Below, in pieces: positions 37,906-50,189 of a DNA stretch of 64,000 nt. How positions within the stretch are numbered: position 1 is the stretch's first letter; the number at the start of each line of letters is the position of its first letter. The stretch covers positions 186,001-250,000 of the forward strand of contig JAWMAR010000388.1 in NCBI GenBank assembly GCA_036785375.1, given 5' to 3'. The DNA comes from Leucoraja ocellata (taxonomy: Eukaryota). Under the pieces are notes generated by a model. The model was not told the origin of the DNA and searched no databases. It saw only the letters and a program-made list of their open reading frames with translations. The position numbers were made by a program, and so were the translations under genes.

Positions 37906-39829
37906 CAATCGAGAAACACTGCAGAAAGATGCTGACCCATCATTCATGGTCGCTTCGCTCTTCCATAATATCACGGTGGATGCCGTCTAAGAATCCCCAT
38001 CACCTTTCCGCTCATTACACGTACTCCTTGCCTTATTTGATTTTTTTTAAACTCCACCAGCATCCAATTGAAATATTGTCAATATATTCATATCCATTGT
38101 TTTCGGGAATAGAGAATTCCAAAGTGCCACGACTCCTTGTCACAAATTACTTTTAGTCACCAATTGCATTGGCTACCCCTTATTCTGAATCCATGCTCCT
38201 TAGTCCTGAACACCACTGTAGAAAAAATAATCTCAACAGCTAGCCCATCAACCCAAGTCAGAATATTAACAATAGTAAGGTCATCTCTAAGTCTTTGAAA
38301 TGTTATGCAGTGGCCTCTTTCTGTTTATTGGCCTCTTTCTGTTTATCTGCCACATCATTTTGTCATGCAAGAATCAGCTTAGTGAACCTTGCACTACCAT
38401 CCTTACAATAGTCCCAAGCATTGTATTTCGGTATTAGAGATGTCTTCAGACATGATCTCATTAGAAACCTATAAAACGTCCCATCATCCGTATCCTTCCT
38501 CCAGCCATCTGCCAATCGATATCCTCACCTGCACTCTCCCTAACCCTAACCCTATCCCGAACCATAGCGGTAGGAATATTGATCTTCCTTATTTCCTCTA
38601 ACCGTTGCAATCCATCAGTCCCCTTCCTCACCCACCCAGTCATCCTACTAGTTTCACTGTCATCCTGCTTAGTTTTATGGCTTGTATGCACTTGTTATCA
38701 CCTTTTCCACAGCCAACAAGAGGCCATTGTGGGCTCCACCATTCCTTGATCGTTGGGCTGGCTTTGATTTGTTCTTTTCGTAACTTCATTAACTTGTTAT
38801 TTGTACCCCTACATGCCTCTAGTTTCCCCCCCTCCCTTGATGTTTAAGCCAAAAAAGTAAGAATGTTATCCAATATTAGTATATCTACTATTGCCCCTCT
38901 CCTCTGACTCTCAGTCTGAAGAAGAAGGGTCTGGAGCCGAAAGTCACAGATTCGTTTTCGCCGGAGATGCGACCTGAGCCCCCGAGTTACTCCGCCATTT
39001 GTGTCTATCCTCTTTGTAAACCAGTAATTGCAGATCCTCCCTACACATTTCCTCCACTTATCACTTCCCAGGCTTTATCCGGTCCCCACCTCTATTCACC
39101 AGTTAATGGAGGAAATAATCTCAGCAGGAACCACAAACTGCTTATTTATCCCACTTCAATACAAGCTTCATTCCATTAGCCTCCCAAGACGGCTGCTGCA
39201 CCTCCGGTTAATATTTTGTGTGTCATAATCTGGTTGCTCAGAAATGTTTGCGCCACAAAATTTTGAAGGTATACCTCACTGAAATAATATTGTCAGTACT
39301 TGCTTTCCTTCTTCATTTCCAATATGATGTCTTCAATGTTTCATAAAGCATCGTCCAATTTGGTACCCATTGTACACATCACACTGCAGGTTCTTTGTGT
39401 TAGCCTGACACTTCTCACCGGAACACTGTGTGTGCTGTCAAAAGGCCTAAACACGGCAACCATTTATTGAAGTTATTAATATGCATTGTAAACAATTGAC
39501 ATATCATCACTGATCTATGCAAGTACCTCATCCAAAAACAAACCAGGACACACATTCCATCTTCAAAGACTCACCACAACTTTGTCAAATACCGTTGCTT
39601 TTTCAAAAAATGATAAACAATCTGTTAGAAGCGCTTATGAACCCTAAGCATCCGGATATTATCTGCTTAATCATGGCATTCAATATCTCCCCTCTGATAG
39701 ATGTTCGACTATTTGACATTTTTCGTGCTCATTTCTGGCTCTCCTCCTTCTTAATCGTAGTCACTTTTGCAATTTTAACTCAATTAGAGTTTTTCCGCCA
39801 TGTTACATCATTTGTAAATGTTATTTACA

Positions 39830-42800
39830 TTTACAATCCCGGAGGCCCGGGACCGTTGGAGAGTGTGGAGGAGGGTCAGGGCGGTGAGTACTTAAATCGG
39901 GCGCGGGGCTTTATTTCACAGAGGCCCGGGACCGTTGGAGAGTGTGGAGGAGGGTCAGGGCTTTTACCAAAATCCGTAACGTTCCACACTCCATAGGGAG
40001 GGTTCTGGTGGAAGCCACTGATTGGTGGAAGCAGACTAGGGGAAGCAGCTAATTGGGTGCAACCTCAGGTTAGCATTTGTGCTTTCTGGTTAAAGGTACA
40101 GTGCTTTAGTAAAGGTACAGTGAGCCAAGGGTACAGTGGGCTAAAGGTACAGTGCTTTAGTAAAGGTACAGTGAGCCAAGGGTACAGTGAGCGAAGGGTA
40201 CAGTGCTTTAGTAAAGGTACAGTGAGCCAAGGGTGCAGTGGGTTAAAGGTACAGTGCTTTAGTAAAGGTACAGTGAGCCAAGGGTACAGTGGGCTAAAGG
40301 TACAGTGCTTTTTGTTTATATAATAAAGGTGCAGTTTAAAGGTCAAGAGGGAGCAGCTGTTGTGAGTCAGATACCTGCTGATTCCTCCCAGCAGTTTCTA
40401 TTGTATTATACTGGTATCGGATCCAGGGTAAGGCGGGAGAATGACAGCCAGATCAGTGTACTGTTCTGGATGTCAGATGTGGGAGGTCATGGTGTCGGAT
40501 GGCCCTCCAGATGTCCACATCTGCACCAGGTGCAGAGAGATGGGGCTCCTAAGGGACCGTATTAGGATCCTGGAGCAGCAGCTCGATGACCTCTGTCTGA
40601 TCAGGGAGAGTGAGGAGGTCATAGAGGGGAGTTATAGGGAGGTGGTCACTCCAAAACCACGGGAGAGAGACATGTGGGTCACACTAAGGAAGTGCAAGGG
40701 GCAGAGGCAGGAACGAGTGAGTACTCCAATGTCGGTACACCTCGCAAATAAGTACTCCTGTTTGAGTACAGATGGGGGTGACAGCCTACCCGGGGGTAGC
40801 GACAGCGGACGGGCCTCCAGCACAGAGACCAGCCCTGTTGCTCTGAAAGGTAGGGAAAAAAAGAGGGCAATAGTAATTGGGGACTCTATTGTTAGGGGGT
40901 CGGATAGGCGATTCTGTGGACGCAGTCGGGAGACCAGGATGGTGGTCTGCCTCCCTGGTGCCAAGGTCTCGGACGTGTCTCAACGCATCCAAGATATCCT
41001 GAAATCAGAGAGAGAGGAGCCTGAGGTCGTGGTACATATAGGTACCAATGACATAGGTAAAAAAAGGGAAGAGGTCCTGAAGGGAGGATTTAGGGATTTT
41101 TGAGGAGAGTTAAGGAAAAGGACCAAAAAGGTAACAATCTCAGGATTACTGCCTGTACCATGCGACAGTGAGAGTAGGAATGGAGCGAGGTGGAGGATAA
41201 ATGCGTGGCTGAAAGACTGGTGCAGAGGGCAGGGATTCAAGTTTCTGGATCATTGGGACTTCTTTTGGGGAAGGTGGGACCTGTACAGAAAGGATGGGTT
41301 GCACTTGAACCCGAGGGGGACCAATATCCTGGCGGGGAAATTTGCAAAGGCTACTGGGGATAAGTCTCCAGGTCCTGACAGGATATTCCCTAGGACATTG
41401 AGGGAAGTTAGTGTAGAAATAGCCGGGGCTATGACAGAAATATTTCAAATGTCATTAGAAACGGGAATAGTCCCCGAGGATTGGCGTACTGCGCATGTTG
41501 TTCCATTGTTTAAAAAGGGTTCTAAGAGTAAACCTAGCAATTATAGACATGTTAGTTTGACATCAGTGGTGGGCAAATTAATGGAAAAGATACTTAGAGA
41601 TAATATATATAAGCATCTGGATAAACAGGGTCTGATTAGGAACAGTCAACATGGATTTGTGCCTGGAAGGTCATGTTTGACTAATCTTCTTGAATTTTTT
41701 GAAGAGGTTACTAGGGAAATTGACGAGGGTAAAGCAGTGGATGATGTCTATATGGACTTTAGTAAGGCTTTTGACAAGGTTCCTCATGGAAGGTTGGTTA
41801 AGAAGGTTCAACTGTTGGGTATAAATGCAGGAATAGCAAGATGGATTCAACAGTGGCTGAATGGGAGAAGCCAGAGGGTAATGGTGGATGGCTGTTTATC
41901 GGGTTGGAGGCAAGTGACTGGTGGGGTGCCTCAGGGATCTGTGTTGGGTCCTTTGTTGTTTGTCATGTACATCAATGATCTGGATGAAGGTGTGGTAAAT
42001 TGGATTAGTAAGTATGCAGATGATACCAAGATAGGGGGTGTTGTGGATAATGAAGAGGATTTCCAAAGTCTACAGAGTGATTTAGGCCATTTGGAAAAAT
42101 GGGCTGAAAGATGGCAGATGGAGTATAATGCTGATAAATGTGAGGTGCTACACCTTGGCAGGACAAATCAAAATAGGACGTGCATGGTAAATGGTAGGGA
42201 ATTGAAGAATACAGTTGAACAGAGGGATCTGGGTATAACCGTGCATAGTTCCTTGAAGGTGGAATCTCATATAGATAAGGTGGTAAAGAAAGCTTTTGGT
42301 ATGCTAGTATTTATAAATCAGAGCATTGAGTATAGAAGTTGGGATGTAATGTTAAAATTGTACAAGGCATTTGTGAGGCCAATTCTGGAGTATGGTGTAC
42401 AATTTTAGTCGCCTAATTATAGGAAGGATGTCAACAAAATAGAGAGAGTACAGAGGAGATTTACTAGAATGTTGCCTGGGTTTCAGCAACTCAGTTACAG
42501 AAATAGGTTGAATAAGTTAGGTCTCTATTCTCTGGAGCGCAGAAGGTTAAGGGGGGACCTGATAGAGGTCTTTAAAATGATGAGAGGGATAGACAGAGTT
42601 GATCTGGACAAGCTTTTCCCTTTGAGAATAGGGAAGATTCAAACAAGAGGACATGACTTCAGAATTAAGGGACAGAAGTTTAGGGGTAACATGAGGGGGA
42701 ACTTCTTTACTCAGAGAGTGGTAGCTGTGTGGAATGAGCTTCCAGTGGAAGTGGTGGAGGCAGGTTCGTTGGTATCATTTAAAAATAAATTGGATAGGCA

Positions 42801-42932
42801 TATGGATGAGAAGGGAATGGAGGGTTATGGTATGAGTGCAGGCAGGTGGGACTAAGGGAAAAAAGTTGTTCGGCACGGACTTGTAGGGCCGAGATGGCCT
42901 GTTTCCGTGCTGTAATTGTTATATTGTTATTT
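39830..42932 (+). mobile_element. CR1 LINE with 5' UTR and ORF1 (Zn finger, leucine zipper, SGNH esterase) but lacking the endonuclease
   Basis: ORF1 from 40441: CSGC…HICTRC, GDS, GTND, DGLH. Jumps at ~41357 directly to RT DKSPGPD. Stops at 41101 and 42406. Confidence 0.88.
40089..40310. repeat. 51-bp tandem repeat (~4.3 copies) in the CR1 5' UTR
   Basis: TAAAGGTACAGTGCTTTAGTAAAGGTACAGTGAGCCAAGGG recurs with period 51. Confidence 0.9.
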
Positions 42933-43882
42933 TCTAATATATTATAATCCATACTCTCTCTTTGTCTACATCTACTTATTTCTAACTCTCACATTCAAGT
43001 CATTGGGTCCAGGTGACTTGTCGATGTCTAGCGCATTATTTTACTACATTTTCTCTGGTGATTCAGCGTACTTTCATAAGTTCAGATATTCATGAATCAT
43101 AGCAGCATAATTGTATCATTCGGCCTGTCGAGTCTACTCTGCCATTCAATCGCCACTGACTTATCTTTCTCTCTCGTACCCATTCTGCTGCCTTTCCGCC
43201 AAAGCCCTTGACTCCCTAACTAAACACAAATCTGCCAATCTCCACTTTAAAACAGAACCATATAACTTGGCCTTCACGGCTGCCCGTGGCAATGAATTCC
43301 ACAGATTCACCGCTGATTAAATAAATTCATCATTTCCTTTCTAAGTCTATGTACTTTTACACTGAGGCTGTGCTCTCTTGTCCTAGACTTTCCAATGAGT
43401 GGAAACATCCTCTCCACATCAACCCTCCTCGGGCCTTTCAATCTCAATCAGTCGCAATAAGGTCTCACCACATCCTTTTAAAGTCCAGCGTGCATCGGCC
43501 TAGCGCTGTCAAACGCTCATCAAAGGTTACCCCAATCGTCCCCGGGATCATTATTCTAAGCCTCATCGGATCCCTCTCCAAGTCCAGCTTATCCCTCCTC
43601 AGATACTGTATGGGCCCAAACTCGGCTCAACATTTTCCATATCCTTGTTGGCCAATTCTACCAACCTGTCCAGTTCATCTGCAGGCTCCCTGCTTCCTCT
43701 ACACTACCTGTCCCTCTACCTATGTTCATATCATCTGCTAACATGGCCACAAAGTCAAGTGCTTTGAGATTTTCTGCATCTATAAGCTTAGATAATTTAC
43801 GGTGATGTTAAAATAGATGCAAGATGCAGTATTTCCATCATTGCAGGTTTCCATCTTTCTTTTAACAGAGAACCAAAGTGAT

Positions 43883-44018
43883 TAACCAGTCTAAAGAAGG
43901 GTTTCCGCCTGAAACGTTGCCTATTTCCTTCGCTCCATAGATGCTACCTCACCCGCTGAGTTTCTCCAGCACTTTTGTCTACCTTCAATTCTCCAGCATC
44001 TGCAGTCTCTTCTTGAAC
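43883..44018 (+). mobile_element. ~135-bp Penelope-pLTR-derived mini-element with a degenerate hammerhead-like core
   Basis: 11-bp TSD ACCAAAGTGAT at 43872-43882 and 44019-44029; similar to 62191-62325. Confidence 0.75.
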
Positions 44019-44756
44019 ACCAAAGTGATGAGATCAGTTGATAATGTTTATTCAGAATTTTCAAATACTTGTATTTTTTGTATATTTGTTGCACAAAAAG
44101 TGGCGCAGCCCAGATCCGGTAGTGGAACTGAGAAAATATGTGACCTTAACCCAACTTGCCAACACGGATAACTTTATTCTGGACTGCTACAGTCTCTGTA
44201 GGATTAATTCAGTTTTTAGTGAAGTCTGAAATAAATATAGATGCGCCCTCGTGCTTTAGAGTCAGCAGCAATTTGGGGTGTAATTATTGTTGACATAGTG
44301 CAGCATATGAAGTGGATAGGTGCTTGAAACACATTGTGTAATGCACCGGAAGTATTTAGACAGGCATATGGATATGCAGAGAGTGGCGGGATGTGAATCA
44401 TTTGCACGTAGGTGAGATTGGTTTATCTTGGCATTATATTTTGTAGAGAGATTGTGAATTGAAAGGCATGTAACTACAGTACATTTCTATGGGCTATATA
44501 GTGTCTTTGCAAGACTATTGTGGAGTGAGTACAGAAGGCTGAGGCAGATTGTGATTTAAGCAAATACAGACGTTGGGCTCGACAGATGGATACGTGTTTC
44601 AATATAAAGTATGGAAACGTAAGGCCTAACGTGACATAGAATTGTGCTTCAGAACATGGTACTATAGTTAATTTATTTTTTTAGTTTAGTGATTCAAAAT
44701 ATCATATAAATAAATACAGCCCATAAACAATGACGTTGCCTATTATAGTAGATATA

Positions 44757-45375
44757 GGGGCGGCACAGTGGCATATGGGGTGACAGGCTGGCACAGTGGT
44801 AGAGATGCTGCCTTAAGGGCCTGTCCCACGAGTATGCGACAGCATGCGGCAAGCGTGACCAATTCGGAAGCGGGGGCCACGCGGAGGTCGAGTGATCCCG
44901 TACGCCATCAAAACGCTGCGTACCGCGTCGAGACGCTGCGCAGTCCGTCGAGGCGGTGCACGGAATTTTTGGACAGTGTCAGTTTTCCGGAGCCCCGCGC
45001 GATGTCGGGACTCACAACTCCATACGGCTCCAGTGATCAAAGTGGGACCGACCCCGCGTGGCCATACGGCTCAAGCGACCATGTTAGGTCGCGCTTGCCG
45101 CATGCAGTCGCATGCTCGTGGGACAGGCCCTTAACAGCACCAGAAACAACGTTTCGATCCTTACTGGAGGCTGTCTGTACGGTGTATGTCCCTTCTCCAT
45201 GTGACCTCGTGCGTTTTCACCGGGTGCTCCGGTTTCCTCCCACACTCCAAAGACGTATAGGTTTGTTGGTTAATCGCCTTTGGAAACAAATGTAGATAGT
45301 CCCTAGTGTGTTGGATAGTGCTAGTGTATGGGCACCACTGGTCGGCGTGGGCGCGGTGGTCCAAGGGCTCATTGT
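44757..45375 (+). mobile_element. tRNA-derived SINE interrupted by a MITE
   Basis: A-box-like TGGCACAGTGG, B-box-like GTTTCGATCC and core CTCCGGTTTCCTCCCACACTCCAAAGACGT. Confidence 0.7.
44817..45130. mobile_element. MITE flanked by TTAA (Kolobok- or Harbinger-type)
   Basis: Imperfect ~45-bp TIRs GGGCCTGTCCCACGAGTATGCGAC… / …GTCGCATGCTCGTGGGACAGGCCC, with TTAA on both sides. Confidence 0.85.
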
Positions 45376-45514
45376 GAAAAGAGCGGTCCTTGTTCCCCAT
45401 GATCATTATTTCCTTTTTATGTCTAGTGAGTTTAATGAATATGGAGGCTGGGTCTAACATGGTTTATGCGGGGCAAAGACAAGCTTAGGTAATACAAGAA
45501 GTTGGACAATATAC

Positions 45515-46205
45515 CGTCGTATTTATTATTTTTAGTGTGTTTTGAAATTTGTGCTAATGTTCTCTGGTTTGTTTTATGTGGGGGGTGAGGAAGGGGATCG
45601 GGGGAAAGTTTTGTTCCTTGCAGGAGATGCGATTGTTTTCCGGGTCATATCTCCGGTCGCTCTGCGGCCTAACATCATGGAGCTGGCTGCCTTGCTCAGG
45701 ACTGACTTTGAGCCCCACCGCGGGGCGTGGACTTACATCGAAGCTGATTCCTTGCCTGGGATCGACGCTCCAACCGCGGCCTGCGGACTTTAACATCAAA
45801 GAGCTCGCAATCTCGGGAGAGACCGACGTCGGGAAGCTCCAACAACACAGAAGGTTTGACCAGCCTCGACCCGGGGGTCAGATCGCCCGGCGCGGGGAGC
45901 TGAGATCCCCCCGATGCAGGAGCTTGATCGCCCTGACGCGTAGGGACCGCCGCTGGCTACGGGAGTCAAGATCAACGGAAGTTCAAGGCCCCCGACCGCC
46001 GGAGAACAAAGAAGGGAAGAGGTTGAACTTTTTTTCGCCTTCCATCACAGTGAGGAATGGGGAGGAGTCACTGGTGGATGTTCATGTTAAAATGTATTTT
46101 GTGTGTTCTGTTGCTTTTTATTGGTATGACTGGATGGCAAATCAAATTCCTCGTATGTTGTAAAACATACTTGGCTAATACAGTATAATTCTGATTATGA
46201 TATTG
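45515..46205 (+). mobile_element. Non-autonomous GC-rich retroposon related in architecture to 24488-25347
   Basis: T-rich/G-run 5' part, GC-rich core, CCATCACAGTGA hairpin and a short-repeat tail. Confidence 0.55.
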
Positions 46206-46779
46206 TGAGATTAAATAAACAACAACGGGTAAAATGCATGTTGCCGCTGATTGTGGTGAATACAGAAAACAGACTAAATATATATAAACAGGTGCAGAGA
46301 TTTATTGAATATTGGCTGTAACGGGACCTTAGGAAGGCAATGTTTGTGGCGAACATTAAGCCCAATTAAACTGATCTGCCTGTCCTGATCCATATCCATA
46401 TCCATTCTGGTTAACCTGTACTCTCTACACTTCACTGTACCTACAATGAGCCTCTTAAACACCGCTATCATATCCACCCACACCACCATCATGCGTTCCT
46501 GCTCCGTACCACACTCCGTGTAAAATACTTGCCTTTCCCATCTGCATTAAACGTTCCCCCTCACACCTTATAGCTACGTCTTCTGGTGTTGGACATTTCC
46601 ATCCTTGAAAATGACACTGACTGTCTACCCTATCAATGACTCTCATCATTGTATATACTTCTATCAAGTCTCCCACGAACCTCCGACATTCCATAGAAAA
46701 CAATCCATGGATATCCACTCTCTCCCTGTGGCTGATCCAGGCAGCATTCTGGTTAACCTGTTTTGTACCCTCTCCAAAA

Positions 46780-49706
46780 GGCAAGCCAGCTCGGCCCACC
46801 AGAAGCACCAACAGACGGCGACGCGTACGAAAACACCGCCGGGGACGCAGAGGTGGGTTAAAGGCCAGGTTAGAGCTAGCCCCACACAGGGCAGCGATTC
46901 CTAGCCTTTTCCTCGCCAACGTGCACTCACTGGCAAACAAAATGAATGAACTCCGGCTAAGGATCACCTCCCACAACCGGATCAAGGACTGCAACATCCT
47001 GATTTTCACGGAAACTTGGCTCAACACTGACGTTCCTGACAGCGCCATCCAGCTATCGGGGCGTCATTTACTCCGAGCGGACAGGACATCAGACTCTGGT
47101 AAGACCAGAGGTGGGGGTCTGTGCATTTATGTAAACAAAGCATGATGCACGGACTCCACCATCATCGAGAGTCACTGCTCAGCTAACCTTGAGTTCCTCT
47201 TGGTTAGATGCAGACCGTTCTATCTGCCCAGAGAGTTCACCTCCACTGTTGTGACTGCAGCCTATATCCCTCCTGACGCTAATGCCAAGCTTGCAATGAA
47301 AGAGCTGCATACTGCCATTAGCAATCAACAGACTCACAACCCCGAGGCAGCCTTCATTGTTGCGGGTGACTTCAATCACTCTAACCTGAAGACTGTACTC
47401 CCCAAATTCCACCAACATGTATCCTTCCCCACTAGAGTAGACAAGACACTGGACAAAGTCTACACCAACATGGCTGAAGCTTACAAAGCCATCCCCCTCC
47501 CCCACCTTGGTCAGTCTGATCACGTCTCATTGTTCCTGCTCCCTAAGTACTCCCCACTCATCAGACGGGTTAAACCAACTGTGAGGACAGTTAAAGTCTG
47601 GTCAAAGGAAGCGGACTTCACACTTCAGCAGTGTTTTGGAAACACTGACTGGAAGGCGTTTGCAGCCCAGGCCACCCTTGACTCCCACACGGACATTGAT
47701 TCCTACACATCCTCTGTTCTGGACTTTATAAACTCCACCATCAATAGTGTCACCTCCCTCAAACAGGTGACCATATACCCGAATCAGTAGCCATGGATGA
47801 ACAGCGAGGTCAGGCTACTGCTGAAAGCACGGGACACCGCTTTCAGGTCAGGCGATGCTCGAGCCTACAGTTCATCCAGGGCTAACCTGAAGAAGGGCAT
47901 CAGGAAGGCCAAGCACTGCCATAAGCTCAGGATTGAGGAGCACTTCTACAACAACTCCGACCCCCGACGCAAGTGGCAAGGCATCCAGGCCATCACGGAC
48001 TACAGACCCTCCAACATCACCCCCACATCCAGCGACGCCTCCTTCCTTGAGGAGCTTAATCACTTCTATGGCCGCTTCGACAGGGACAATCTAGAGACAG
48101 CCATCAAGGCTGTGCTACCTGCCGATCACCAACCGCTCACACTCACCCCCTACGACGTGTACGTGGCACTGAGTAGGACTAATGCACGTAAGGCTGCTGG
48201 CCCTGACGGCATCCCCGGGCGCGTGCTCAGGGCCTGTGCTGCGCAGCTGACAGACGTCTGGACTGACATCTTCAACCTGTCGCTTGCCCAAGCAGTTGTC
48301 CCCACTTGCCTTAAAACCACCTCCATCGTGCCAGTGCCAAAACACTCCACTGCGGCAAGCCTCAACGACTTCCGCCCAGTTGCACTTACCCCCATCATCA
48401 CCAAGTGCTTCGAGAGGCTGGTCCTGGCACACCTCAAAAGCTGCCTACCCCCCACACTGGATCCCTATCAGTTTGCCTACCGCAAGAACAGGAGTACGGA
48501 GGATGCCATCTCAACGGCACTTCACTCCGCCATCTCCCACCTCGACAACAGAGCCACTTACGTAAGAATGCTGTTCATCGATTACAGCTTAGCATTCAAC
48601 ACCATTATACCATCAAAACTGATCACCAAACTTGGTAACCTGGGCATCGACCCCTCCCTCTGCAACTGGATACTGGACTTTCTAACCAACAGACCCCAGC
48701 CTGTGAGGTTAGACAAGCACACCTCTTCAACCCTCACCCTGAACACCGGCGTTCCACAGGGCTGTGTGCTGAGCCCCCTCCTCTACTCCCTCTTCACCTA
48801 TGACTGCACACCTGTACATGGTACTAACACCATCATCAAGTATGCAGATGATACAACGGTGATTGGCCTCATCAGCAACAACGATGAGCTGGCCTACAGG
48901 GAGGAGGTCCAGCACTTAGCAGCATGGTGCGCTTACAACAACCTGGCCCTTAACTCCAAGAAGACCAAGGAGCTCATTGTAGACTTCAGGAAGTCCAGAG
49001 GCGGCACGCACACCCCCATCCACATTAACGGGACGGAGGTGGAACGTGTTTCTAGCTTCAGGTTCCTGGGAGTCAACATCTCCGATGACCTCTCTTGGAC
49101 CCACAATACCTCTACTCTGATCAAGGAGGCTCACCAGCGTCTCTTCTTCCTGAGGAGACTGAAGAAGGTCCATCTGTCTCCTCAGATCCTGGTGAACTTC
49201 TACCGCTGCACCATCGAGAGCATCCTTACCAACTGCATCACAGTATGGTATGGCAACTGCTCTGTCTCCGACCGGAAGGCATTGCAGAGGGTGGTGAAAA
49301 TTGCCCAACGCATCACCGGTTCCTCGCTCCCCTCCATTGAGTCTGTCCAAAGCAAGCGCTGTCTGCGGAGGGTGCTCAGCATCGCCAAGGACTGCTCTCA
49401 CCCCAACCATGGACTGTTTACCCTCCTACCATCTGGGAGGCGCTATAGGTCTCTCCGTTGCCGAACCAGCAGGTCGAGGAACAGCTTCTTTCCGGCGGCT
49501 GTCACTCTACTCAACAACGTACCTCGGTGACTGCCAATCACCACCCCCCCCCCCCCCCCCCCCCCCGGACACTTATTATTATTTATTCAAATCGTTTGCT
49601 ATGTCGCTCTCCCAGGGAGATGCTAAATGCATTTCGTTGTCTCTGTACTGTACACTGACAATGACAATTAAAATTGAATCTGAATCTGAATCTGAATCTG
49701 AATCTA
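46780..49706 (+). mobile_element. Near full-length Rex1/Babar LINE (APE endonuclease plus RT) with two in-frame stops
   Basis: ORFs 46636-47145 (FTETWL), 47200-47790 (GDFN, SDH) and 47797-49530 (YADD) are in one frame; (TGAATC)n tail. Confidence 0.93.
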
Positions 49707-50189
49707 ATTTCTTCCCTTTAATGGGGCGATCGGATCTGTACTCGATACTCCAATTGCTGCCTCATCAAACTCATATAGAACTGCATCATGTTTATGACCC
49801 TTATGCTCAACACCCCTAGCAATGAACGCAAGTATACCATACATCCACTTTACCATCTACATGTGCTGCCAAATGCAGTGAGCTATGAACTTGGACTCCA
49901 AGATCCCTCAGCACATCAATTTTCTTCAGAATCTAGCAACTTATTGTATAAAACAGCCTATCATTGATGATCATTGAATGGTGGCGACTTCACGTGAATT
50001 AAAATGGATTTAAGTTGGTAAGCGAGGATCAAATGTGAGGGAAGTGCCTTTTCTGATTTAAATGGAAACTGATTATAATATGTTCACTGTGGAGGAATGA
50101 TGTGTTGTTTCCAAGACCATATGTAATAACAAAAGGGATTGAAGCATCTTTTATATACAGAGCCAAGCCAAATGTTATTAAGTAACTAA

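Noticed and set aside
40089-40310. CRISPR-like repeat arrays (also 15384-17829 and 33880-34135)
   Set aside because: Head-to-tail minisatellites without unique spacers, in vertebrate DNA with no cas genes.
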